Shown: positions 19,192-28,216 of the stretch, piece after piece
Numbering within the stretch: the stretch's first letter is position 1
How the letters are laid out: each line of letters begins with the position of its first letter
Source: Elusimicrobiota bacterium
GTDB lineage: Bacteria; Elusimicrobiota; Elusimicrobia; FEN-1173
NCBI GenBank assembly: GCA_022703335.1
Contig: JAKLDV010000001.1
Coordinates: 1-62,541 of the forward strand
Length of the DNA: 62,541 nucleotides
Reading direction: 5' to 3'
Made by a program: the position numbers and the translations under genes
The notes under the pieces: model-generated
The model's database searches: none
What the model was told of the DNA's origin: nothing
What the model saw: the letters and a program-made list of their open reading frames with translations, nothing else

Positions 19192-21153
19192 TTATCCCGG
19201 AAGGCGCTGCGGCAGGCGCACGCGGATGGGAAGGATGACCACCTCGAGGCCGCTGAAGAGGAGTTTGCGCTGCAGGGCGAAAGCCGTCTGGTTGTGGAGG
19301 AAGCGGGTGAGGAACGTCTCCCCCTCGAAGGCGAGCTGGCCCGTGAAATAGACTTTTTTGTGCCAATCGGACGACACTTGTTGACAGAGCTGTTCCAGTC
19401 CTTCAATGACGTCCGTCTCAAAGGCCATGTGCGACTCCGCGTAGAGCCCCATGCGGTTGGCCAGGCGGACGTATTTGTCGAGGTCGATTTGAACGGCGGC
19501 CTTGAATTTCTCGATTTCCTCCGTGTCCTTGAATCGGTCGCTGTCGATCACGCCGACGCTCAGAAAGACGAAATTCTTGAAATGCCCCGGGAAGAACCGG
19601 TGGATGGCGAGGAACGAATGGATGCCCATGCCGTTGTAGCCGTTCACCATCAGGATCGCCGACGGTTTTTGGGGGAGTTTTTCCGGGGATTCCGCGGCTT
19701 CCGGCAGGGGGAGTTGCGTCAAAATTTCGTCCAGGTGGCGCAGGGTCTTGTAGGTGTCCGAGTAATGCTGTTTCACCCAGAGGCAGAAGAGGACGAGGGT
19801 GCCCGTCACCGCGATGGTGACCCAGCCGCCTTCCTTGAATTTGAGCACGGAGGTGATGAGAAGGATCCCGACGGTGAGGAGGAGCGCCAGGAGGGGGATG
19901 GGGAGTTTTCGGAACCGTTGGGGAGGGCGGGTCTTGACCCAGTGGCGGACCATGCCCCATTGGGAGAGGGCGAACGTGAGGAACACGTTGATGCTGTACA
20001 TGACCACGAGGATTTTCACCGAAGCATTGGTGTAGAGGAGCACCAGGAGCGCCGCCAGCCCGATGGCCAAAACCCCGTCCTTGATCACCAGTCGGTCGCT
20101 CAGGTTCGTGAAGCGGCGCGGCAGCCAGTTGTCCACGGCCATGTTGGACATGACGCGCGGGCCGCCCAAAAAGCCCGTCTGCGCCGCCACCAGGAGCAGC
20201 GCTCCTTCGGAGAGCAGCGTGATGAAAACGATGATATTCCCCAGGGGCCATGGGGCGGTCAGGGTGTAGAAGAGGGTGGCGTTCAGTGTGCGGCCCGGGA
20301 TGTGATGGACGTTGTTGAGGATGTAGGCGACCAGCAGGCCGCCGGCCGTGAAAGCGAGGGAAATCGCCATGTACATCATGGTTTTCTTCCCGGTCTTGAC
20401 GCGCGGTTCACGGAGGATTGCCAAGCCGTTGCTGACCGCTTCGATGCCCGTGTACGTTCCGCCGCCGAGGCTGAAGGCGCGGAGGAGGATGAACAGCATG
20501 GCGAACGAACCGAGCTCGGCCACGCCCAGCCGCGTTTCCTGGACGGTGTCTCCCATCAGGGCGGGAAGTTCGGCTCCGTGGGAAAAAATGCCGTAGAAGA
20601 TCATCAGGAGGTGCGTGATGAGGAAAACGATGAAGATCGGCGTTAAAATGAGGACCGATTCTTTGACCCCCCGCAGGTTGAGGATGATCAACAGGAGGAG
20701 ACACAGGAGCGTCGCCAGGAACTTCCACCGCAGGAGGTCGTGGGGGAGGAAACTGAAGATGGCGTCCATGCTGGAGGCGATGGAGACGGCCACGGTGAGC
20801 ACATAGTCCACCAGAAGCGCGCAGCCGGAGACGAGTCCCGTCTTGGGGCCGATCAGCCGGGACGCCACCAGATAACCGCCGCCGCCCGCCGGGAACAGTT
20901 CGATGATCTGCGAATAGCTGGCGGACAGAATGAAGACCGTCACCGCCGTCATCAGCGCCAACGGCAGGGCCAGGTGGGTGAAATGACCGAGGGACAGGAA
21001 AGCCTCTTCCGGGCCGTAACACGACGAACTCAGCCCGTCGGCCCCCAGACCCACCCACGCGAAGAAGGCGATGAGGGAGACTTTGTGGAAGACCTTCGGG
21101 TCCAGAGGACTCTTCGGTTTACCAAAAAGAAGCTCTTTGATTTTTTCGAGCAT
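19192..21153 (-). CDS. APC-superfamily permease with ~180-aa cytoplasmic C-terminal domain (KimA-like K+ transporter candidate)
   Basis: 653 aa. N-terminal APC-fold helices (LGADGLSSSCYGPEE, ELFPAGGGGYLV) plus a soluble C-terminal domain. This architecture resembles B. subtilis KimA. Confidence 0.55.
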   Translation of the reverse strand: MLEKIKELLFGKPKSPLDPKVFHKVSLIAFFAWVGLGADGLSSSCYGPEEAFLSLGHFTHLALPLALMTAVTVFILSASYSQIIELFPAGGGGYLVASRLIGPKTGLVSGCALLVDYVLTVAVSIASSMDAIFSFLPHDLLRWKFLATLLCLLLLIILNLRGVKESVLILTPIFIVFLITHLLMIFYGIFSHGAELPALMGDTVQETRLGVAELGSFAMLFILLRAFSLGGGTYTGIEAVSNGLAILREPRVKTGKKTMMYMAISLAFTAGGLLVAYILNNVHHIPGRTLNATLFYTLTAPWPLGNIIVFITLLSEGALLLVAAQTGFLGGPRVMSNMAVDNWLPRRFTNLSDRLVIKDGVLAIGLAALLVLLYTNASVKILVVMYSINVFLTFALSQWGMVRHWVKTRPPQRFRKLPIPLLALLLTVGILLITSVLKFKEGGWVTIAVTGTLVLFCLWVKQHYSDTYKTLRHLDEILTQLPLPEAAESPEKLPQKPSAILMVNGYNGMGIHSFLAIHRFFPGHFKNFVFLSVGVIDSDRFKDTEEIEKFKAAVQIDLDKYVRLANRMGLYAESHMAFETDVIEGLEQLCQQVSSDWHKKVYFTGQLAFEGETFLTRFLHNQTAFALQRKLLFSGLEVVILPIRVRLPQRLPG

Positions 21154-21197
21154 AGAAAAAAAAGACCCCCTCTCAACGAAGGAGTCACATGGGTAGG

Positions 21198-21226
21198 AAT
21201 GTATTATAAAGCCGACTCCCTGTCAA
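21198..21226 (-). promoter_or_regulatory. Sigma70-like promoter candidate for the KimA-like gene
   Basis: Minus strand reads TTGACA (21226-21221), 17 nt, TACATT (21203-21198). It is about 45 nt upstream of the ATG, and a GAGAGGGGG SD lies in between. Confidence 0.35.
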
Positions 21227-21283
21227 GCTCGACGGAGGCGGGGGTGTGGCGGGGGAACGCGATAACTTCTAAAATGAGCCATT

Positions 21284-21688
21284 ATGGCACGGGGGACCTT
21301 CAACGACTTGATAAAAATCATGGCCCGTCTGCGCGGACCCGGCGGATGCCCCTGGGACCGGCGGCAGACGCACCGCTCTCTCCTGCGCTATTTGCGGGAG
21401 GAGGCGGGGGAGGTGGCCCGGGCCGTGCGCCGGAAGGACGACGCCAACCTCTGCGAGGAGTTGGGGGACGTTCTGCTCCAGGTGGTGTTCCATGCCCAGA
21501 TGGCGAGCGAACGGCGAAAATTCGACATTCGTGACGTGGTGGCCGGCCTCTGCCGGAAACTGGTCCGACGGCACCCGCATGTCTTCGGACGAAAGAGGCT
21601 GAAAACGGCGGCGGAGGTCGTGGTGTTGTGGCGCGAACTGAAACGCCGGGAGAAGGCGCGTCGAACGCGGAGGGGGCGCCGGGGATGA
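21284..21688 (+). CDS. mazG: MazG-type nucleoside triphosphate pyrophosphohydrolase domain protein
   Basis: 134 aa. CPWDRRQTHRSL..YLREEAGEV...EELGDVLLQVVFHA...RRHPHVF. Confidence 0.85.
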   Translation: MARGTFNDLIKIMARLRGPGGCPWDRRQTHRSLLRYLREEAGEVARAVRRKDDANLCEELGDVLLQVVFHAQMASERRKFDIRDVVAGLCRKLVRRHPHVFGRKRLKTAAEVVVLWRELKRREKARRTRRGRRG

Positions 21689-22374
21689 GCCGGATCAAAG
21701 CCGTTTTTTTCGACGCCGGCGGCACACTGTTCCGTCCCCACCCGTCCGTCGGCCACGTCTACGCCGGCTTGGCGCGGAAATACGGATGTGACGCCTCGGC
21801 CGAATGGGTGGATCGGCGTTTCCGGGCCCAATGGCGCCGCCGCAACGGTTTGGAATTCCTCAAAAATACCGACGAGGGGGAGGAAAAGGCCTGGTGGTCC
21901 CGCCTGGTTCGGGCCGTTTTCGGCCGCCGTATGTCGGAGGAAACGTTTCGCCCCTACTTTGAAGAGCTCTACGATCTCTTCGCTCAGCCGAAGACCTGGC
22001 GTCTTTTCCCGGACGCCCTGCCGACTTTGAAAAAATTGAAAAAGAGGGGCGTGCCGGTGGGGATCGTGTCCAATTGGGACTCGCGCCTTTTTGAATTGTG
22101 CCGGGGGCTCGGCGTCGCGCCGTGGGTGGACTTCATCCTCGCCTCCGCCGTGGTGGGATCCGTCAAGCCGCATCCGGGGATATTCCAAAAAGCCCTGAAA
22201 CTGGCCGGGGTGCGCCCTTCGGAGGCCATCCACGTGGGGGACAGTTTCCGGGAGGATTATTGTGGGGCGACGCGGGCGGGGTTGAAGGCTGTTTGGCTTT
22301 GTCGCGCCGGCGGGGGGAGCCGGCGGGCTGCGTGCATCGGTTCTTTGGCGGACGTAGGTGAAATGATGTCGTGA
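21685..22374 (+). CDS. HAD-superfamily hydrolase
   Basis: Starts MSRIKAVFFDAGGTLF (DxG/DxD-type motif I), then SNWD and GDS..D motifs. Its ATG overlaps the mazG TGA (21685-21688). Confidence 0.8.
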   Translation: MSRIKAVFFDAGGTLFRPHPSVGHVYAGLARKYGCDASAEWVDRRFRAQWRRRNGLEFLKNTDEGEEKAWWSRLVRAVFGRRMSEETFRPYFEELYDLFAQPKTWRLFPDALPTLKKLKKRGVPVGIVSNWDSRLFELCRGLGVAPWVDFILASAVVGSVKPHPGIFQKALKLAGVRPSEAIHVGDSFREDYCGATRAGLKAVWLCRAGGGSRRAACIGSLADVGEMMS

Positions 22375-22382
22375 GGGCCGGG

Positions 22383-22994
22383 TCAGCCCTTTGAGAAATA
22401 GTTCCGGAAAGCCGCTGTGATTTTTTCTATCAGCATCTCGGGCGCGATGTCCACGAGCTCCGTCCGCACGTCGCCCTCATAGAGGAAGCCCCACCGCGTC
22501 GCCCGCAACGCCCCTCCCGCCACTTTTTTCCCCCGCCACATCAGATCGTCCGTCACCGGTTCGGAAAAACAGAGTCCCGGTCCGGCCTTCCTTGAAGTCT
22601 CCGGCACAAAAAACGAGGTTTCTGTCCCGCATTCGCGCAAGGCGGTTTTCAGGATTTGGTGAACCGTGCGATAGAGGGACCGGGAGGAAGCAGGGAAGGC
22701 GCGGGATCGGCGCGGCCAGGTCAACGAAAGGCTGAGGTTCTTGTCGTGTAAGACCATGCCGCCGCCGGTGGGCCGCCGCACGACGTGGGCGGCGCCGAAC
22801 GCCTGGGCGGCCTGCCGCGCCGGCCCTTCCCCTTGTAATTTTCCATACGTCAGGGTGGGGCTGCTCCACCGGAAGAACCGGAGGGTCGGCCGGGCGTCGG
22901 GACGGCGCTGGTTTTCCAGGAGTTCGCGGTCCCGGCGCATGTTCTCTTCGCCGGAGAGGGCGCCGTCGTGGAGGAGACGCCAGTCGTGGGACAT
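22383..22994 (-). CDS. Lipoate-protein ligase / octanoyltransferase family (LplA/LipM-type catalytic domain only)
   Basis: 203 aa. RRPTGGGMVLHD and GKKVAGGA (catalytic Lys region). It is the last gene of the gcv/lipoylation operon. Confidence 0.7.
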   Translation of the reverse strand: MSHDWRLLHDGALSGEENMRRDRELLENQRRPDARPTLRFFRWSSPTLTYGKLQGEGPARQAAQAFGAAHVVRRPTGGGMVLHDKNLSLSLTWPRRSRAFPASSRSLYRTVHQILKTALRECGTETSFFVPETSRKAGPGLCFSEPVTDDLMWRGKKVAGGALRATRWGFLYEGDVRTELVDIAPEMLIEKITAAFRNYFSKG

Positions 22995-23003
22995 GGGGTG
23001 GGA

Positions 23004-24476
23004 TTAAGGGATGCGTTTGAAGCGGAGGTCGGGTTCGCGTGCGGCTTTGACCTCGTCCACGCGCCGTATCGGAGTGCGGTGCGGCGCCGACGTCACTTTT
23101 TCGGGGGACGTCCGGCTTTCTTCCACGATCGATTCCAGGGTCTTGCAGAAGAGGTCGAGGGTTTCCTTGGTCTCCGTTTCCGTGGGTTCGATCATCAGCG
23201 CTTCCGGGACGATCAGCGGGAAATAGATGGTGGGCGCATGGAACCCTTCGTCCAGGAGCCGCTTGGCCACATCGAGGGTGTGCACGCCCGGGCCGAAAGC
23301 GCCTTCTCCGGACACCACCACCTCGTGCATGCAGGGTTTCTTCGGCATCTTGGGGAAGAGCGGCGCCAGTTTGACCCGGAGGTAGTTGGCCGCCAGGATC
23401 GCGTTCTCGCTGACATGGCGGATGCCTTCTTCTCCCAGAAGACGGAGATAACAATAAGCCCGCAAGACGATGCCGACGTTCCCCATGAACCCGTGGATTT
23501 TCCCGATGGATTTAGGGAAGTCCATCCGCCGACGGTAGACGCCGTCCTCCTTCACCACGCGGGGCGTGGGGAGAAATTCGCTGAGGAACGCCTTGACCCC
23601 CACCGGGCCGGCCCCCGGTCCGCCGCCGCCGTGGGGCGTGGAGAACGTCTTGTGCAGGTTGATGTGGAGGAGGTCCACGCCGAGGTCCCCCGGCCGCAAC
23701 AGGCCCACCAGGGCGTTGAGGTTGGCGCCGTCCATGTAGAGCAGCGCGCCGGCGTCGTGCACCATCTTCGCGATCTCCCGGAGGCGGGGTTCGAACAGCC
23801 CCAGGGTGTTGGGGATGGTCAACATCACCAGCGCCACGTCCGGCCCGAGTTTGGATTTCAAGACGTCGACGTCCACGTGGCCGTCCGGGGTGGAGGCGAT
23901 GGTCACGGCGGTGAGACCCGCCACCGCCACGCTGGCCGGGTTGGTGCCGTGGGCGGAGTCGGGAATGAGGACGACGGGGCGGTTCTGGCCGCGGGATTCG
24001 TGATAGGTCCGCGCGATCAGCACCCCCGTCAGTTCCCCCTGGGCGCCCGCCGAGGGCTGCAGCGTGAAGGCGTCCATGCCGCAGATGGCGCAGAGCCAGC
24101 GTTCCGTATCGTGCAGGATTTCCAATATCCCCTGGCTCAGGGTGTGCGGCCGCAGGGGATGAAGCCCGATGAAGTCCGGCAGGAGGACCACCCGGTCCGC
24201 GGCTTTGGGGTTGTGTTTCATGGTGCAGGAGCCGAGCGGATAGAAGTGGGTGTCCACGGAAAAATTCAGCTGGGAGAGCCGGGTGAAATGGCGGACCACC
24301 TGGGGTTCCGCGACCTCCGGCCATTCCGGAGGCGTCCGCCGCCGGAGCGCCGCGGGAAGGGGGGATTCGTTTTCCGCTTCCGCGATGTCCGGTTTCGGCC
24401 ACGGCAGGCCCCGCCGTCCGGCGACGCTGAGCTCGAAGATCAACGGTTCCAAAGGAGGCGGGGTCTCTATCGGCAT
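23004..24476 (-). CDS. gcvPB: Glycine dehydrogenase (decarboxylating) subunit 2
   Basis: The real start is MPIETPPPLEPLIFELS at 24476, inside the 602-aa track ORF. It contains NLHKTFSTPHGGGGPG (PLP lysine) and overlaps gcvPA by 10 nt. Confidence 0.9.
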   Translation of the reverse strand: MPIETPPPLEPLIFELSVAGRRGLPWPKPDIAEAENESPLPAALRRRTPPEWPEVAEPQVVRHFTRLSQLNFSVDTHFYPLGSCTMKHNPKAADRVVLLPDFIGLHPLRPHTLSQGILEILHDTERWLCAICGMDAFTLQPSAGAQGELTGVLIARTYHESRGQNRPVVLIPDSAHGTNPASVAVAGLTAVTIASTPDGHVDVDVLKSKLGPDVALVMLTIPNTLGLFEPRLREIAKMVHDAGALLYMDGANLNALVGLLRPGDLGVDLLHINLHKTFSTPHGGGGPGAGPVGVKAFLSEFLPTPRVVKEDGVYRRRMDFPKSIGKIHGFMGNVGIVLRAYCYLRLLGEEGIRHVSENAILAANYLRVKLAPLFPKMPKKPCMHEVVVSGEGAFGPGVHTLDVAKRLLDEGFHAPTIYFPLIVPEALMIEPTETETKETLDLFCKTLESIVEESRTSPEKVTSAPHRTPIRRVDEVKAAREPDLRFKRIP

Positions 24477-25792
24477 GCCCGCTCCAATAGATCGGCGAAA
24501 CAGTCGATGTCCTGGCGGGTCTTGATTTCCGTCACGCAGACCAGGAGGTGGTCCTTCAGTTCGGGAAAATAGCGTCCCAGCGCCAAGCCGGCGAGCACCT
24601 TGTCTTTTGCCAGGCGCTCGGCGATCAGTTCCGGCGGTTTCGGGCATTTGACGGCGAATTCGTTGAAGAACGGTTGGGGGAACGCCGTCGGGAATCCTTT
24701 TTCCGCCAGCCGTTTCGAGGCGTAGCGGGCTTTTTGGAGGTTGAGGAGGGCGAGTTCTTTGAGGCCGGATTTTCCAACGAGGCTCATGTAGATGGCGGCG
24801 GCGAGGGCGCACAGGGACTGGTTGGAACAGATATTGGAGGTGGCTTTTTCCCGGCGGATGTGTTGTTCCCGCGCCTGGAGGGTCAGGACGAACGCGCGGC
24901 GGCCGTCACGGTCGACGCTCCGCCCCACGACGCGGCCGGGCATCTTGCGCATCAGTTCCGTTTTGCAGGCGAAGAGCCCCAAATAAGGGCCGCCGTATCC
25001 CAGCGGCAGGCCCAGGGGCTGGCCTTCGGCCACGGCGATGTCGGCGCCGTACTCGCCGGGCGGGGAGATTAGTCCCAGCGCCGTCGGATAAGAGGAGGCG
25101 ATGAGGAGCGCTCCGGCGGCATGGGCGAGGCGCGCTATTTCGTGGGACTCCTCCAGACACCCGAAAAAGTTCGGAGTTTGGAACAGGACGGCCGCCGTTT
25201 CTTGCCCGAGGGCGGCCTGGAGCCGTCCCAGGTCGGTGGTGCCTTCCCGCCGGGGGACGGTGACGATGTCGGCGGGGCTGTGGGCCAGATAGGTTTGAAT
25301 CACCTGGCGCGTGTGAGGGTGCACGGTCTCCGGGATCACGATCCTCCGTTTGCCCGTGTGGCGCAGGGCCAGAAGACAGGCCTCCGCGGCGGCGCTGGCG
25401 CCGTCGTATAACGAGGCGTTGGCCACGTCCATGCCGAAGAGTTCGCAGATGAGGGATTGGAATTCATACAGGGACTGCAATGTCCCCTGGCTGGCTTCCG
25501 CCTGATAGGGGGTGTAGGCCGTGGCGAACTCGCCCCGCAGCGCCAGCGACCAGACCGCCGACGGAATGAAATGTTCGTACGCCCCCGCGCCCAGGAACGA
25601 CAGGGCCAGATGGTCCTTGGCCGCCAAGGACTCCATGTGCCGCACCATCTCCATCTCCGAGAGGGACGGCGGCAGATTCAGGGGCGGCCGCCGGATGTCG
25701 GAAGGCAGATCGGCCAGGAGGTCGTCGAACCGGCGGACGCCGATCTGATCGAGCATCTGTTTCTTTTGTTCTTCCGTGTGGGGCACGAACAT
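24467..25792 (-). CDS. gcvPA: Glycine dehydrogenase (decarboxylating) subunit 1
   Basis: 441 aa. MFVPHTEEQKKQMLDQIGV...FLGAGAYEHFIP..YTPYQAEASQG. Confidence 0.9.
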   Translation of the reverse strand: MFVPHTEEQKKQMLDQIGVRRFDDLLADLPSDIRRPPLNLPPSLSEMEMVRHMESLAAKDHLALSFLGAGAYEHFIPSAVWSLALRGEFATAYTPYQAEASQGTLQSLYEFQSLICELFGMDVANASLYDGASAAAEACLLALRHTGKRRIVIPETVHPHTRQVIQTYLAHSPADIVTVPRREGTTDLGRLQAALGQETAAVLFQTPNFFGCLEESHEIARLAHAAGALLIASSYPTALGLISPPGEYGADIAVAEGQPLGLPLGYGGPYLGLFACKTELMRKMPGRVVGRSVDRDGRRAFVLTLQAREQHIRREKATSNICSNQSLCALAAAIYMSLVGKSGLKELALLNLQKARYASKRLAEKGFPTAFPQPFFNEFAVKCPKPPELIAERLAKDKVLAGLALGRYFPELKDHLLVCVTEIKTRQDIDCFADLLERACR

Positions 25793-25831
25793 TCGAGCGG
25801 TGACCTTTCGGCGCGAGTCGGGATGGAATCG

Positions 25832-26209
25832 TCAGTGAGTTTCGCTTTTCAAAAAGGTTTGATATGTCTCGTGGGTCATCAGACCGTTGCGTTCCTCTTC
25901 CCGGTCGGCCTTCACTTTGAACAGCCAGCCGGCCTCGTAGGGGGATTGGTTCACCAGTCCCGGCGTTTTCGTCACCGACTCGTTCACGGCCGCGATGGTC
26001 CCCGAGACGGGGGCGTAGATGTCGAACGCGGCCTTCACCGATTCCACCGCGGCCACGGCTTCGCCGCTTTTCACGACGCGGCCCGGTTTCGGCAGTTCCA
26101 CGAAGACCACGTCCGTGATCTCATGCTGGGCATGGTCTGAAATCCCCACCGTGCCGTCGGGGGCGATCCATTCGTGCGTTTCGACAAAACGAAGTTCTTC
26201 GGGTTTCAT
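25832..26209 (-). CDS. gcvH: Glycine cleavage system H protein
   Basis: 125 aa. THEWI...[16 protein letters not shown] (lipoyl-lysine motif). Confidence 0.95.
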   Translation of the reverse strand: MKPEELRFVETHEWIAPDGTVGISDHAQHEITDVVFVELPKPGRVVKSGEAVAAVESVKAAFDIYAPVSGTIAAVNESVTKTPGLVNQSPYEAGWLFKVKADREEERNGLMTHETYQTFLKSETH

Positions 26210-26240
26210 GGCGGATCTCCTTCGATTTTAAGGAACGGAT

Positions 26241-27308
26241 TTATTTGTGATAAAACGGGAGCTTGACGATCGAGACGGGCACGTCGCGGTGGTGGATCTC
26301 GACCGCGAGCGGCGCGGCGGCAAAACGGGACTCCACGTAGCCCATCCCGATCCCGGCCTGGAGCGACGGGGAGAAGGTGCCGCTGGTGACTTCACCGGCG
26401 ATCTGGTTGCCGGCCGAGAGTTTCCCGCCGTGCCGCGGCACCCCCGGTTCGGTCGGACGAAAAGCGATGAAACGCCGTTTGGGGCCGCGTTCTTTTTCTT
26501 CCCGGAGGGCGTCCCGGCCGATGAACTCCTTTTTTTCCAGGCGCACGGTCCATCCCAGCCCGGCCTCCAGGGGGGAATGGTCTTCGTCCAGGTCCTGACC
26601 GTAGAGGCGGTATCCCATCTCCAGGCGCAGTGTGTCTCGGGCGCCCAGTCCGCAGAGGTTCAGCCCGCGCGGTTCGCCCAGTTCCCATATTTTTTGAAAG
26701 ATACGCCGCAGGTTTTCCGCGGAGGCGAAGATTTCAAACCCGTCTTCCCCGGTATAGCCCGTCCGGCCGATGACGCATCCCGATCCTTCGATGGTGAAAG
26801 CGCCGACGCCGTTCCGGCCCAGGGCCAGGGCCGGAGCACAGAGCAGATTCAGGAGGTCCGGCGAATCCGGCCCCTGCAGCGCGACGGCCGCGGCCTCGGG
26901 CTGTTCCGAGATGTTCACGCCCCCCGGCCGGTGCCGCCGGATCCAGTCGAGATCGGCCGTTTTCCGGGAGGCGTTCACGATGAGGAGGAAACGGTCCGTC
27001 GTCAGCCGGTAGACATAAAGATCGTCGATGACCCCGCCGTTTTCGCGGCACATCACGCTGTAGAGCCCCTTTTGGGGCGGGAGCGCGGCGATGTCGTTCG
27101 TCAGAAGGCCGTTTAAAAACGACTCGGCCCCGGGGCCTTCGGCCCAGACCTGTCCCATGTGGGAGATGTCGAACAATCCGGATTTCTCGCGGACGGCCTT
27201 GTGTTCGGCGAGGATGCCCTTGAATTGGAGCGGCAGTTCCCAGCCGCCGAAATCCATGAACCGCGCGCCGAGCTGTTTTTGCAGGGGGTAGAGCGGGGTC
27301 CGGTTCAT
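26241..27308 (-). CDS. gcvT: Glycine cleavage system aminomethyltransferase T
   Basis: The real start is MNRTPLYPLQKQLGARFMDFGGWELPLQF at 27308, inside the 670-aa track ORF. Its ATG overlaps the lipA TGA (27305-27308). Confidence 0.9.
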   Translation of the reverse strand: MNRTPLYPLQKQLGARFMDFGGWELPLQFKGILAEHKAVREKSGLFDISHMGQVWAEGPGAESFLNGLLTNDIAALPPQKGLYSVMCRENGGVIDDLYVYRLTTDRFLLIVNASRKTADLDWIRRHRPGGVNISEQPEAAAVALQGPDSPDLLNLLCAPALALGRNGVGAFTIEGSGCVIGRTGYTGEDGFEIFASAENLRRIFQKIWELGEPRGLNLCGLGARDTLRLEMGYRLYGQDLDEDHSPLEAGLGWTVRLEKKEFIGRDALREEKERGPKRRFIAFRPTEPGVPRHGGKLSAGNQIAGEVTSGTFSPSLQAGIGMGYVESRFAAAPLAVEIHHRDVPVSIVKLPFYHK

Positions 27309-28216
27309 CGGGCGCCGGCCATTTCCGCGGCGTGGTAGGAACTTCGCACCAGCGGCCCCGCCAAGACGTTCTCGAAAAGGCCCGCCGCCTCCTCTCGGAT
27401 GGAACTGAACTCTTCCGGAGAATAAAGCCGGTCGAGCGGACGATGCCGGGGGCTCGGCGGAAGGTATTGGCCGACCGTCAGAAGGGAGACGCCGTTTCTT
27501 TTCAGGTCGGTCAACGTTTCGCGGATCTCTTCCCGGGTTTCGCCCAGCCCCACCATCAGCCCGGACTTGACGCGCAGCCCCGCTTCGGCCGCCCAGCGCA
27601 GTATTTGCAGGGAGCGGTCGTAAAGCGCCCGCGCCCGCACTTCGGGCGTGAGGCGGCGCACGGTTTCGAGATTGTGGTTGAAGATGTCCGGTCGCATTTG
27701 GATGATACTTTTTAGCAAATCCGGACGCCCCTGGAAATCGGGGACCAGAAGCTCGACGGTGGTCCGCGGGATTTCTTTTCGCAAAAATTCCAAACAGGCG
27801 ACGAACTGGCCGGCGCCGTGGTCCGGAAGGTCGTCCCGGGAGGGCGACGTGATGACGACATGGGCGAGGCCCAACCGCCGCGCCATCGCCGCCAGTTTTT
27901 CGGGTTCGGAGGGGTCGGGGGGTCGGGGCCGCCCGGTTTTTTCGCCGCAGAAGGCGCATCGCCGCGTGCAGAGGTCGCCCAGTATCTGGAAGGCGAGCGA
28001 GCCTCCCGACCAGCATCCGGCCCGGTTGGGGCACAGGGCTCCCTGGCAAACGGTGGAGAGCCCCGACTCTTCCAGGAGGCGCGTCACATGAAAAAATTTC
28101 CGTCCGGCGGGAATGGACTGTTTGTGGTGGGGCAGGAGCTTCGGCCTCCAGGATTTTTTTGGCCGGTCCTCGGGGGGCGCCTTCGCGATGGAACGAATCT
28201 GCCGGGGACCGTTCAT
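27305..28216 (-). CDS. lipA: Lipoyl synthase
   Basis: 303 aa. Auxiliary-cluster motif CQGALCPNRAGC, radical SAM motif CTRRCAFC, and C-terminal RSSY. Confidence 0.9.
   Translation of the reverse strand: MNGPRQIRSIAKAPPEDRPKKSWRPKLLPHHKQSIPAGRKFFHVTRLLEESGLSTVCQGALCPNRAGCWSGGSLAFQILGDLCTRRCAFCGEKTGRPRPPDPSEPEKLAAMARRLGLAHVVITSPSRDDLPDHGAGQFVACLEFLRKEIPRTTVELLVPDFQGRPDLLKSIIQMRPDIFNHNLETVRRLTPEVRARALYDRSLQILRWAAEAGLRVKSGLMVGLGETREEIRETLTDLKRNGVSLLTVGQYLPPSPRHRPLDRLYSPEEFSSIREEAAGLFENVLAGPLVRSSYHAAEMAGAR

Noticed and set aside
16747-20646. 1299-aa plus-strand ORF, the longest in the track
   Set aside because: It is antisense to three well-supported transporter genes and crosses their intergenic gaps. 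The translation is low-complexity and rich in Arg, Glu, Gly, Asp and His, with no motifs. This is the typical open antisense frame of a high-GC genome.
21154-21283. Possible c-di-AMP (ydaO/kimA-type) riboswitch upstream of the KimA-like transporter
   Set aside because: Only about 130 nt are available, and they are shared with the divergent mazG promoter. The predicted 5' UTR is about 45 nt, and I see none of the conserved ydaO-motif segments. A covariance-model scan (Rfam ydaO-yuaA) would be the decisive check.
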